A DNA stretch of 64,000 nt from contig CAWHAE010000011.1 in NCBI GenBank assembly GCA_963827235.1, positions 32,001 through 96,000 of the forward strand. Reading direction: 5' to 3'. The position numbers were made by a program, and so were the translations under genes. Source of the DNA: an uncultured bacterium. Its GTDB lineage: Bacteria; Chloroflexota; UBA5177; JANWHV01. The stretch's first letter is position 1. Every line of letters starts with the position of its first letter. This document shows, piece by piece, positions 53,929-63,856 of the stretch. The notes under the pieces are model-generated. The model worked only from the letters and a program-made list of their open reading frames with translations. It did not search any database and was not told the origin of the DNA.

Positions 53929-55002
53929 TCAGTAATGCTGCTGTGGCGGAATTCGGGCGTCGGGGGCCTGATACGAAGCATCGGCCGGCTCGCCTGTCGC
54001 CGCATTGAACGCTACCGTTCGGGCCGAATTGTTGTACAGGTTGTAATACAGCTCAGCCTTGCCAGTCGCCAGGTTCACGAACTGCCAACCCGTTCCGTCG
54101 CGATCGAAGAACGGGTCCGCTCGGTTCATCGGCACCGTGAGCTTGGGCAGGTAGCTCTGTGCCTGCGAATAGCTCTGCGGATAGGGATAAGGCCACGCCG
54201 TGGCCATCATCGAGTGGAAGGAGATGTTGCCGATCTGGTTGTACTGCAGCTGATGCACGTGCCCGTAGATAACGGTCACCTTGTCAAAGGGCTTCAGTAA
54301 CGCCAACACTTCGTCGGCATCCTCCGTCCAGAAGTTCCATGGCTTGAAGATCTTCTGCAGCGGCGCGTGGGACACGACCACCACCGGCGTCTGCTTGCGG
54401 ACCTTCCTGAGGTCCTCGCCAAGCCAGGCGCGTTGTTTCTCCCCGACCATGAACGGCGAACCGTTTGGACTGTCGAGGATGCCAATCTCCCGCATGCGCT
54501 CCTCAGCCGTCGGCCAGCGACTGAGGGTCCAGTCGTCGTACGTCAGCACGCTGTTCAAGACGACGAAATGGACGCCCTTGTGGTCAAAGCTGTACCACTG
54601 GGGCCCGAACAGTCGCGACCAGTACTCGCCCAGATCCAAGTAGTAGTCGTGCTCGCCCATCACGTAACGTACTGGTGGCCGCAGGCGCGACAGGATCTCC
54701 GCGCCGTGATCCAACTCCGCCCTGGTACCCCGCTCGGCGAGATCGCCACCGAAGATCACAAAGTCAGGGGCCGGGTTCAGCAGACTGGTCTCCGCAACGG
54801 CACGAATGAGTCCGCGGTCCCAGTTCCGTACGAACACGCTGCCCTGTATCTGCTCCATGTGCGCGTCGGAAATGACGGCAAAGGAAAAGTTGTCGGTCTC
54901 CTTCGCAAACGCGAGTTCGACCTGCGTCACGGGTACGGTCGCCGCGAGCACGGCCGCGCCGCCATTTCTGAGAAAGGTCCGCCGGTTGAGCAGCGCCCTC
55001 AC
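53929..55002 (-). CDS. Tat-exported calcineurin-like metallophosphoesterase
   Basis: NRRTFLR leader, SDAH, GGDL, GEHD, SHAP, GHVH. Confidence 0.9.
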   Translation of the reverse strand: MRALLNRRTFLRNGGAAVLAATVPVTQVELAFAKETDNFSFAVISDAHMEQIQGSVFVRNWDRGLIRAVAETSLLNPAPDFVIFGGDLAERGTRAELDHGAEILSRLRPPVRYVMGEHDYYLDLGEYWSRLFGPQWYSFDHKGVHFVVLNSVLTYDDWTLSRWPTAEERMREIGILDSPNGSPFMVGEKQRAWLGEDLRKVRKQTPVVVVSHAPLQKIFKPWNFWTEDADEVLALLKPFDKVTVIYGHVHQLQYNQIGNISFHSMMATAWPYPYPQSYSQAQSYLPKLTVPMNRADPFFDRDGTGWQFVNLATGKAELYYNLYNNSARTVAFNAATGEPADASYQAPDARIPPQQHY

Positions 55003-55075
55003 CGCGCCGCCCTTGGCGCAGAAAATGCGACTGGTGTCCGGGCAGGTTCCGCCAACTCGTGACGGGCGCTCGGAT

Positions 55076-56236
55076 TCACCGCGTGTCCAGCCGTGCCGCG
55101 AGGGCTGCGAATTGCGGGCTGGTCAGCGACTCGAGAAATGCAATCAGGTCGGTGATCTGCTGTTGCGTGAGGTTCAGGGGGCGAATACCGCCGCTCAGGT
55201 AATCAGTCGGCTGATCGTCCTTGTCGATGACACCACCATGGTCGTAGAACTCGACTACGTCGCGCAGCGTCTCGAGACTGCCGTCGTGCATGTACGGCGC
55301 CGTGACCGCGACGTTGCGAAGTGTTGGGGTCTTGAATGCGCCGAGGTCGTCAACGGTGTCGCTGAGGGCAAATCGACCGAGCTCGGCAGTCTTGCCGCTC
55401 GACAGCACCGTCTTGTCCATGTTGACCCCACGCGCTTTCGCGAGCAGCAGCGCCGACTCGAGCTGCGGCAGATTCTTCTCGATTCTGCTGATGCCGATAC
55501 CGATGTTGTGGAATCGATTGTCAGTAAACAGCGCGAAGTCCTGCTCGATAGTGTGACAGGAGACGCAGCGTCCGTCCTCGAGGAAGACCTTGAACCCTCG
55601 CTGCGCGGATTCACTGATCGCGCGCTTGTCGCCGCCGTAGTACCAGCGGTCGAACGGCGAGTCTCCAAAGATCAGCGTGCGCTCGTAAGTTGCGATGGCC
55701 TGCATGACCTCGGTCATGCCAACCGCAGCTGGCTCCTTGCCGAACGCGTCACGGAACATGCGCACGTATTCCGAATCGGATCGAACGATCTGGATGATCG
55801 GCTCACGATCGTGCAGCCCCATCTCGACGGGATTCACGAATGGCAGCCGCGACTGATCCTCGAGGTCCTTCGCGCGACCGTCCCAGAACAGGCGCTTCAT
55901 GTAGGCGGCGTTGGCCAGGGTTGGCGCGTTACGCGTACCGGTCAGGTGGTGGACGCCTTCGGAGGTCTGCAGCGGGCTGTCCGTAAACGCCTTCGCCGGT
56001 GCATGGCAGGTCGAGCAGCTGATCTCGCCGGTACTGCTGAATCGTGTATCGGTAAAGAGTTTTGCGCCGAGTGCCGCCTTGGCAGAGCTGAGCGGGTTGC
56101 CAGCAGGCACCGGTACGGGCGGCAGGCCCAGCGGCGGCGGCGCGGCAAGACTCGCCCCGGTGACGGCCAACAGGCCGAGGAGAACGCCGCTGACCAATCT
56201 CAATTGAAACGGCACAACGAACTGCCAAACGTGCAT
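55076..56236 (-). CDS. Diheme cytochrome c peroxidase / MauG family protein
   Basis: CSTCH, RNAPT, LFWDGRA, CVSCH, FKTPTLRNVAVTAPYMHDG, VVEFY. Confidence 0.92.
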   Translation of the reverse strand: MHVWQFVVPFQLRLVSGVLLGLLAVTGASLAAPPPLGLPPVPVPAGNPLSSAKAALGAKLFTDTRFSSTGEISCSTCHAPAKAFTDSPLQTSEGVHHLTGTRNAPTLANAAYMKRLFWDGRAKDLEDQSRLPFVNPVEMGLHDREPIIQIVRSDSEYVRMFRDAFGKEPAAVGMTEVMQAIATYERTLIFGDSPFDRWYYGGDKRAISESAQRGFKVFLEDGRCVSCHTIEQDFALFTDNRFHNIGIGISRIEKNLPQLESALLLAKARGVNMDKTVLSSGKTAELGRFALSDTVDDLGAFKTPTLRNVAVTAPYMHDGSLETLRDVVEFYDHGGVIDKDDQPTDYLSGGIRPLNLTQQQITDLIAFLESLTSPQFAALAARLDTR

Positions 56237-56483
56237 TCTAGGTCCCGCCTACTATAGCCAAGCGCGCCTGGCAGCAGCTGACTATCGCCAGTTCCGCGCC
56301 CCCGGATCTATTGGGCCGTTGTCGCTGGTGCCGAATCTCAGTGTCGCACAGCGCCGCACGCGGCCCGGATGGGAAGCACGACATCGCCCCAGTCGAAGCC
56401 AATTCCTGAAGATACGCCCCGACGTTCAGCCTGCCGAGTACGTCGGTCGTCATAGTGCGTCCAGCTCATCGAGTTCGAACGGT

Positions 56484-57596
56484 TCAGGCGCGTCCGTGGC
56501 GTAAACGAGCTCGCGTTCCGGTCAGCGCATCGCGGCCAGTCGTCCATGGAAGGGCGGCTCGTGATTGAGGCGCCGCTGCTTGTAGCGTGAGGCGGCGCTG
56601 AATTCGACGCATAACGCGCAGTGATGATCCGCCATGAAGGGGCCGACCGGATCGTCGGCAAAGAGCTGAGGCTCCCCTTTGCTGACGGTCGGATGGACCG
56701 CCGGATCCTACCAGCGCCAGTAGTGCCCAAAGAGCAAAGGGGACCTCGCTCTGGTAATCGTGCCACCACGCGACCCGATCGACGAACCGCCACTGGCCGG
56801 AGGCGACGAACGGCTTCCCGGTCGCGCGCTCGACCCCGGAGGTGATGACCCGGACGGGGTTGCCCCTCCGGCAGAACTCATCGTACCGACCGACTGCCGT
56901 CGCAGTCGGTGCGATGGCCGGGTCCTTGAGCGCTGCGCCAAGTCTCGCCACCTCCTCCGCGTACCGCGCTTCGATCGCCGGAAACCGAGTCCGCTGATGC
57001 AGGGTATCGTCGAACACTTCATAGGCCACATCCGGCGGGACGTAGAGGCCACGGCACTCCGTGACCGCGGGCTCAATCCACGCGGCGTGCACGATCCGAA
57101 GGTCCGGGCGCTCGAGCGCAATCGGCATCGATCTCAGGAAAGAGAGGGTCGGCCCCCACTCTGCCGTCGAGATGGCAACCGCTGCTCCGAACTCTGGGTG
57201 CGATGCAACGCCGTAGAACCAGTGGTTGCCGTGCTTGCGCTCTGCGCGGAGGAGGTTGAGCTCGTGATTGCCGGCGCCGGCTTGGGCACGGCCGGCGTCG
57301 ACGAGCGACTGGACGATCCGGACCACTCCCGGGCTGTCGGGTCCCCGGTCGCAGAGGTCCCCGACGAATACGAGTCGGCGCTCGTTCTCGTGTCGTCCGA
57401 CAGGGTCGTAGCCGAGCTTCTCGAGCAATGTCTCGAGCGCTTGCCGCACTTCGTGAATGTCGCCGATGACATCGAGCGGCCCGTCGCGAAAGTCCCTTCG
57501 CTCTAGCGTACCGAACGTCGAACTCGGATCGAGTCTTGGACTGCCTGCGAACCAGTTACGGAAACTTTCCGTATTACTGAAATTGGCGCTTGGCAA
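56484..57596 (-). CDS. ApaH/PPP-like cytoplasmic metallophosphoesterase, 3' frameshift, possibly degraded
   Basis: VIGDIHE, FVGDLCDRGPDS, GNHE, IVHA; FGHYWR in another frame. Confidence 0.75.
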   Translation of the reverse strand: MPSANFSNTESFRNWFAGSPRLDPSSTFGTLERRDFRDGPLDVIGDIHEVRQALETLLEKLGYDPVGRHENERRLVFVGDLCDRGPDSPGVVRIVQSLVDAGRAQAGAGNHELNLLRAERKHGNHWFYGVASHPEFGAAVAISTAEWGPTLSFLRSMPIALERPDLRIVHAAWIEPAVTECRGLYVPPDVAYEVFDDTLHQRTRFPAIEARYAEEVARLGAALKDPAIAPTATAVGRYDEFCRRGNPVRVITSGVERATGKPFVASGQWRFVDRVAWWHDYQSEVPFALWALLALVGSGGPSDRQQRGASALCRRSGRPLHGGSSLRVMRRIQRRLTLQAAAPQSRAALPWTTGRDALTGTRARLRHGRA

Positions 57597-57829
57597 AGGC
57601 GGAAAGCAGCTGGCCTGTCGGACAGTTTTGGCTCCTGATTCAACCGGTTACACCCAACGAATGTTCCACGCCGTGTTCCACGCCGCGACTGGTGGGCTGT
57701 AGTCAGCCAATGCGCAGCCCGGGTTGTCGGGATCGTGCTTTCACACCGCTCCCCTCCCCTGTCGGAGCATTCGCGAACGGCCGCAGGCCATGATCTTCTC
57801 CATCTCCAGAATCCTAAGAACCTCTATTC

Positions 57830-58855
57830 CTAAATCCCTCCTGCAGCGCTGCACGACTCGGGCAGCGCGCGGCTCGCACCCCAATCCGGCGGCATCCGGT
57901 GCGGCATCGACCAGGCCCCTTCGCGGATCTTCTTGAGCGCGACGTTGATGGCGAGCGGTGCCGGAAATCTCGCGAGCGCCCCCTCCTCCACCGCGAACAG
58001 CACCTCGCGCATGAGACTCGCGTTGGGTGCCGTACCCGCAGCCGCGGCGAGCGTCCGCAGCGACTTCTGCAGCTTCACGATCTCGAGCGCGGCGAGCCGG
58101 CGGGGGCCCGAGGGCCTGCGGGCGGTCGCGGCCGTGGCGGAATCCGTGGGCGTCGCGGTCGGTCGCGCGCGGGCCAGGGATTCGAGCGTCGCGAGCACGT
58201 GGCCACGCTCTGCAGGGCCGAGTCGCGTGTCGGCGTCGAACTCGAGGTTCGAGCGGCGCTGGCGCGAGGCCTCGGCAAAACGAGCCCGTTCGCCGGCGGA
58301 GAGGCGCGCAAAGATCGCCCGGGATTCATCGCGCGGAACCGCGGTATTTGCAGGCTCCGCGGCTCCCCTGCCCTGCCGGATTTCGGGCTCGGGCGCTGCG
58401 ATCGGCCGACGCTCCAGCGCGTGCCTCGTGGACCGGACGCGGGCGGCTCGGCTCGCGGCCGAGCGTCGTCAGGAGCTCGCGCGGGATCCGCACTTCGGTG
58501 ACCGCGGTCGGCCTGCTGGAACGGGTTCGCGGGGTCGCGGCCCGGGTCCTCGCGGCGAACGAGCTCGAGGCGCTTCAGGAGCTGGTACGCGCGGGTCACC
58601 GTCGCGGGATCGAGGCAGCACTCGCGGCCGACGATCCGGATCGGGACCTGGCTGCACCAGGTGCCGTTCCGGTTGCCGATGTCCCAGTGGTACCAGTAGA
58701 CGCGCTCGGCCGAGGCCGGGATCCCCTGCTGCCAGAGCCAGCGCTCGAGCGGCTTCGGCCGCATGGAGAAGAACTTCTCGCGCGCGAGCCGCGTGCGCGG
58801 GTCCCGGCTTTCTATCGAGGCGCACGGCTCCCGTGCGCAGGTTTTGGGCGGACAT
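57830..58855 (-). CDS. Putative replication initiator (N-terminal winged HTH), several frameshifts
   Basis: Joined frames give ASAERVYWYHW...VPIRIVGRECCLDPATVTRAYQLLKRLELVRR (HTH-like) and a C-terminal NVALKKIREGAWSMP. Function inferred only from its position after parA-parB. Confidence 0.55.
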
Positions 58856-58912
58856 GGAATCCCCTTCGTTCTGCACGATATCGTGAAAACCGGCGATCGA
58901 CGGGGTTTGCTA

Positions 58913-58941
58913 TTGACCCGGGGAAGCCGGGCAACTAGCCT
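58913..58941 (+). promoter_or_regulatory. Sigma70-like promoter TTGACC-N17-TAGCCT, antisense to parAB-rep
   Basis: Hexamers at 58913-58918 and 58936-58941 with 17-bp spacing. Confidence 0.6.
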
Positions 58942-58947
58942 TGATTT

Positions 58948-59027
58948 GCGACGGCTGGCTAGTTTCGCGTTAACCCGCGAACCGATCCTCGAAATGGAAA
59001 GGCCCCCGCCAGGGGGCTTTTTCATTT
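58948..59027 (+). ncRNA. Putative counter-transcribed RNA (ctRNA), about 80 nt
   Basis: Lies between the promoter and terminator; contains hairpin TTCGCG-TTAACC-CGCGAA and the terminator hairpin; overlaps the rep leader on the opposite strand. Confidence 0.55.
58998..59027 (+). terminator. Rho-independent terminator
   Basis: AAAGGCCCCC-GCCA-GGGGGCTTTTTCATTT. Confidence 0.8.
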
Positions 59028-59166
59028 GGGTGGTGGCATGAGCCCTCCGGTCGAACTTTCGAACACCCTGAAACGGCGAAGGGCCGGTAGAACCGGCCCT
59101 TCGTGATCGATGCTGAGGCATGACCGCCCTGGCGGTGGCCCCCGCCGGGGCCGCCGATCTAACGCG

Positions 59167-60334
59167 CTAAATTGATGCGCGGCCGGCATCCGGGCGACGA
59201 TTTTCAACGCGTTGAAAATCGGGCCCCGGCTTCCGTCGGTGCTTGCCGGGGCCGCATTCGAACCGATTTTTAACGCGTTGAAAAAGCCCATTTAACTGGC
59301 TCCCCAGGCGCTTCGAAAGCAGCCGCTCGGCCGCCTCCTTGATCGCGTCGCCGACTTCCTGCTGGAAGCCCCGGTCGATGGTCTTGCCGAACTTGACCGT
59401 GACCCGGCCGCCGCGCCGCGTCAGGCTGAAGGCGATCTTGCCCTTGATCTTGACGGTCTCCTCGCGCGAGGAGCCGGTCGCGCTTGGGCTTCTCGATCCC
59501 GAGCTCGCGAGTTCGCGCTGAACGGCATCCGGGAGCGGGCGCGGATTTCGGGCCGCGATCTCGCGGGCCATCGCCTTCGACGGCCGCACCGTCATGCTTG
59601 AGCGCCCGGGCCAGCTCCGCGACCCAGCGCAGCGCGATGCTGCGCGGGTCGCCGAAGGCCGCAATGCACCTCGGCGGGAAGCTCGGCGACCTGCAGGTAC
59701 TTGGTGACCGAGCTGTCGACGAGGCCTACGGCCTTCGCGAGCTCGCCCTGCCGCTGGAATACCTTTGGCGTCGAGCCAGGACTGGAACATCCGGCCGTAC
59801 TCGTAGGGCGAGAGGTCCATGCGTTCCGCGTTCTCGCGGTACATCTTGAGGACGAGGTTCTTCGCGTCCTTGGCCGCCGGCATCGAGCCGGGCGAGGATC
59901 TGAAAGCCCCCGTCGGTCTCCTTGTCGAGCGCGAGACAGGCGGCGTGGCGCCGGTGTCCCTCGACGAGTTCATAGGGCTTGGCAGCGCCGGCCGCGGCGG
60001 GGCGCACGCGGACCGGCGTGTCCTGGCCGTGCGTGCGAATGCTGTCCTTGAGCGCCTTGAAGCTCTCGTCGGAGGTGTCGAGGCCGAGCGCGTGGCGGTT
60101 CGCGAACTCCGTGAGCGCGATCGTCTTGGGGTCGAGACGCAGGAGCACGAGGCCCGATTCGCGCTCGCGCTCGAGTTCCTCGACGCGGGCGGCGTAGCCT
60201 TGCGCGACCTGCTGGCCGGCCTGGCCGATGAACGTGTTCATCGGGCGGGGCCGGGGAGTCGCGGCCTCGGCCGGGGCCTCCCGGTTCATGAGCTTGCCGA
60301 GCACGCGCTGGGCGATTTCGTCGCGCTTGCTCAT
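59167..60334 (-). CDS. parB: ParB/RepB partition protein, frameshifted; 3' end uncertain
   Basis: LKDSIRTHGQDTPVRVRP, YELVEGHRRHAAC, MYRENAERMDLSPYEYG; ATGA overlap with the parA stop. Confidence 0.9.
59199..59286. repeat. parS-like palindromes (two copies)
   Basis: Perfect GATTTTCAACGCGTTGAAAATC at 59199-59220 and GATTTTTAACGCGTTGAAAAAG at 59265-59286, at the 3' end of parB. Confidence 0.75.
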
Positions 60335-61598
60335 GCGTTGTTCCCGCGGCGGGGCGCCGTCTGCTTGGACGGCCACTGCGCCCGGATGACCTCCTCGATC
60401 TCACCGTTGACGCCGTTCAGGTACTCGATGGCGCGGGCGAGCGTGCGGCGGTCGCCGTCGTAGCGGTCGATCTCGTAGGCGGTCTTGATGTCGGCGCCGA
60501 CCCGGACGACCGTCGACATGCCCATGGTGTTCACGAGCACGCGCTTCGCGAACGCGGCGCGGAGCCAGTCGTGGATCGCGACATGCGCGGCGTTCTTGGG
60601 CTCGAACTTCGAGACGAGAAGGCCGAGGAAGTCGAAGCGCTTCGGCGTCGCCTCGATCTGGTTGGTCGAGGCGAGGAGCTCCGATAGCAGCTGGAAGAAG
60701 CTCGACGGACGAGGCGAAGTCCATCATCGCCGGCGGCACCGGCATGACGATGCCGTTCGCGGCGTAAATCGCGTTGCGTCGTCAGGAACGAGAGCGAGGG
60801 CGGCGTGTCGATGATGATCACGTCGTAGGCGTCGCTGACGGTCTTGATGCCTTCCTGGAGCACGGTCCAGAAGCGGAAGTTCGGCTCGTTGGCGCGGCGC
60901 GCGGAGATCGCGAACTCGGCGCCATAGAGCTGCAGGTTCGCGGCGATCAGGTCGAGCCCATGCCAGTAGGTGGGCTGGATCGCGGTTGCGAGCGTGCCGG
61001 TCCAGTCGGCCGGGTCGTCGACGAGATCGGGACCCCGCAGCCACGGCGAGAGCGTGTGCTTGGGCTCGACGTCCGCGTCGGGGCGAAGACCGAAGAGGGT
61101 CGTGAGGCTGCCCTGCGCATCCGCATCGATCATCAGCGTCCGATAGCCGCGCAGCGCGAGGTACTGGCCGAGATGGATCGAGGTCGAGGTCTTGGCGACG
61201 CCGCCCTTGAAGTTCGCGACCGCGACGACGATCGGCGGGTCGGTCTTCGGGTCGCGCCAGGGGAGGAGGCCGAGCTTCTCCTGGATCTGGTGCACTTCCT
61301 CGAGCGTGAAGAGGCGCCTTCCCGTCGCGACGCGCTCGCCGCCGGGGAACTTGCCGTCATCGATGCCGCGCTCGAGCGTCTTGCGGGAGAGGCCGAGGAG
61401 CTCCGAGACCTCCTTGAGGTTCCACTTGCGGAGGACCTTGCGGTTGGCGGGCTCAAGCGCCGCGGCCAGCGCTTCCTTTAAGATGTCCGCTGCCTGGTCG
61501 GCGAGAATCTGGATGTCGTCGGCGTTCGCCGGCGGGATGCGGCGGGTCGGACTGACATCCGAGCGGGGTAGGGCGGTGTCGTCCGGGTTGGCGGCCAT
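60331..61598 (-). CDS. parA: ParA/RepA Walker-type partition ATPase with N-terminal HTH, frameshifted
   Basis: WNLKEVSELLG HTH, ANFKGGVAKTS, IDADAQGSLT, IIDTPPSLS, VPPAMMDFASS. Confidence 0.92.
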
Positions 61599-61638
61599 AG
61601 GCTACTGTGGTGCGGTCCGAGCAGACATAAGTTGCCGC

Positions 61639-61668
61639 ACTATAGTCCTCCTGTCTCACGTTTGACAA
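61639..61668 (-). promoter_or_regulatory. Sigma70-like promoter of the par operon
   Basis: Minus strand TTGTCA-N18-TATAGT, 40 bp upstream of parA. Confidence 0.6.
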
Positions 61669-61850
61669 GATGGCACTCCTTTCATGCGACATCTGCGTCC
61701 TGCACGGGCGTGCTAATTCTCCTGTCGCGGTCGGCGTGCGGGTTGCTGCCGGTCGAGGGCGCGCGGCACGGGGCTGATCCACGCAGCAGTCGTTCCCGCG
61801 AAGGATTCTTGCCGGCCAACGTCGCCACCGGTCCCGGCAAACCTGCTGTA

Positions 61851-61881
61851 GTATTACTTCGAGATTCCGAGGTATTACTTC
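61851..61881. promoter_or_regulatory. Duplicated GTATTACTTC boxes, likely antitoxin operator
   Basis: Exact 10-mers at 61851 and 61872, immediately before the AbrB start. Confidence 0.55.
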
Positions 61882-61882
61882 C

Positions 61883-62110
61883 ATGTCGACGACGCTCACG
61901 TCCAAGGGCCAGGTCACGATCCCGAAGCCCGTCCGTGACCACCTCGGGCTCAAGGCCGGGGCGGCGGTGAGTTTCGAGCTCAACGCGGCGGGAGAGGTCG
62001 TGGTTCGAGCCGCGGCGCGCCGGCCGAAGAGCCGGTTCGGCAAGCTCCGCGGCCGGGCCACCGTCAAGATGCGGACCGAGGACATCCTGCTCCTGACCCG
62101 GGGCGGCTGA
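61883..62110 (+). CDS. AbrB/MazE family antitoxin
   Basis: TLTSKGQVTIPKPVRDHLGLKAG. Confidence 0.9.
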   Translation: MSTTLTSKGQVTIPKPVRDHLGLKAGAAVSFELNAAGEVVVRAAARRPKSRFGKLRGRATVKMRTEDILLLTRGG

Positions 62111-62117
62111 GGTCTCA

Positions 62118-62519
62118 ATGGTCCTCGTCGACACCAACGTGCTCCTTGACGTCGTCGAGGACGATCCGACCTGGGCGGACTGGTCGCAGCGTCAGCTCGA
62201 TGCCTGGAGTCTCCGGGGGCGGCTCGTCATCAACCCGATCATCTATGCCGAGCTTTCGATGGCCTTTGCGCGGATCGAGGAGCTCGAGGACGTGCTGAAG
62301 GAGGGCGGGCTCAGTATCGAACCGATCCCGCACGAGGCGTTGTTCCTCGCCGGCAAGGCGTTTCTGAAATATCGGCAGCGCAAAGGCGCCAAGACCAACG
62401 TGCTGCCAGACTTCCTGGTCGGTGCCCATGCGGCTGTCGCGGGATTGACGATCCTGACGAGGGACGTCGGCCGCTACCGGAGCTACTTTCCGAGCGTCTC
62501 GCTCGTGACGCCGGAATGA
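62118..62519 (+). CDS. vapC: PIN-domain VapC toxin
   Basis: LVDTNVLLD, YAEL, PDFLVGAHA, LTRD. Confidence 0.9.
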   Translation: MVLVDTNVLLDVVEDDPTWADWSQRQLDAWSLRGRLVINPIIYAELSMAFARIEELEDVLKEGGLSIEPIPHEALFLAGKAFLKYRQRKGAKTNVLPDFLVGAHAAVAGLTILTRDVGRYRSYFPSVSLVTPE

Positions 62520-62535
62520 TCCGGCGCCGCGCAAA

Positions 62536-62552
62536 CTTCAACGCGTTGAAAA
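62536..62552. repeat. Third parS-like palindrome
   Basis: CTTCAACGCGTTGAAAA just downstream of vapC. Confidence 0.7.
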
Positions 62553-62789
62553 CACCTCCCTATGCCAGCGTGCGAAGTCCCGCGGGCACTCTAGCGGCTA
62601 CTGTGGGTCACCATCGACACGCGTCCAAGACCGGTCGATGGCGCATCGGCGTTCACAGCGGTATTTTCCAGACGGGGACCACGCCGCAATCGGATCCAAT
62701 GCCGCCGCGGGGAGGGGCTGGATATCCGCCACGTGCCACATGAATGCGAACGCACAAGGAAGCGCGGCGCAGCCGGCCGTGAGAAACGG

Positions 62790-63015
62790 TCCTTCGGCGG
62801 TCCGAACAACTCCCGGTCATCCTTGCAGGTTAGCGCGTTGTCGAGCCACCGCCTGAACATCCTCGAGTCGAAGTCCCCAGCGTCGACCTTGGCGTGGACG
62901 ATCGCGCCGGCGAGGATCTTGCGGCGGGTAACGTCCTTGCGGGCCCGAGCGGGTTTCAGGTAGGCGAGGCGAGCGTTGAGGCGTGCCTGGCGGGCCTTGA
63001 ACTGCTCGAGCCGAC
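62790..63015 (-). pseudogene. Mobilisation accessory protein (MobC/MobS/TraD-like) remnant
   Basis: RLEQFKARQARL...RKDVTRRKILAGA...WLDNALTCKDDRELFG; no clear start. Confidence 0.65.
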
Positions 63016-63056
63016 GCGCTCGGCTGCCGTCAGTTCCGAAGCGGCGGGGGAGTCCA

Positions 63057-63623
63057 TCAACGTCTCCTGGCCAGGGTATAGAACGCAAACGTTGACCAGC
63101 TGCCATCCGGCTTCTGGGCCTCGAGGAGGAGGGTCCCGCTAGAGCCATCGGCGGCGAGTGTCAGCGTGTCCCGGAACGAGGATTCCTCGTACGGGAACGT
63201 GAGCACGAGCGTATGACCCTCGCGGTGGCCGGTCGCGACAACGCGGGCACCGGCGGCGCCGAACTGATCTAGCCAGTGGGCGATGTAGTCGCCGGCCTTG
63301 GCGTCAAAGCCGAGGAACACGTCCGCCTGGTAGCCGGGAGGCTTTGCGCGGTCGACGAGCGCGAGGCGTAGCCAGCCGCCGTTCAGAACCCAGGTGGCGT
63401 CACCGCGGTAGCGGGCCGGCTGGCCGCGGACGGACCCGGTGAGCGTCCAGCGTCCGGCCAGCTGCGCCAGGAACGGATCGTGCGCCGGCGGGGAGGGGGC
63501 CTCTGCATGGACTGCCGAACCGATCAGGACGAGAAGCGCCGCAGCAGTACTTGCTGTTGCCCCGCGCCAGCGGCGCGCGGCCACGCTGAGTTCACGGAGT
63601 CTGGTGGGCAGCATCGGCATCAT
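63057..63623 (-). CDS. Secreted beta-barrel hypothetical protein (DUF1579-like)
   Basis: Signal peptide, LAQLAGRWTLTG, WVLNGGWL, YIAHWLDQFG. Confidence 0.6.
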   Translation of the reverse strand: MMPMLPTRLRELSVAARRWRGATASTAAALLVLIGSAVHAEAPSPPAHDPFLAQLAGRWTLTGSVRGQPARYRGDATWVLNGGWLRLALVDRAKPPGYQADVFLGFDAKAGDYIAHWLDQFGAAGARVVATGHREGHTLVLTFPYEESSFRDTLTLAADGSSGTLLLEAQKPDGSWSTFAFYTLARRR

Positions 63624-63856
63624 CGGGTCCTCCGTCTGACCACTTGAGCCCGTTCGCCGGGCACCTCACGGGCTGCTGCTCGCGTCACGGCGAAGCGCCG
63701 CGTCGTGATGTGGCGCCAAGAGCTCCGGCGTAAGCCGATCTCACACCCTTGTCGAGCACGCTCCGGCATCCCGTGGGCCGCGGCGCGCTTCTGACGGGGC
63801 TTGCGGCCCGGGTGAGCGTAGCGAATCATCACACGCGACGGAAATGGAGACGACGA

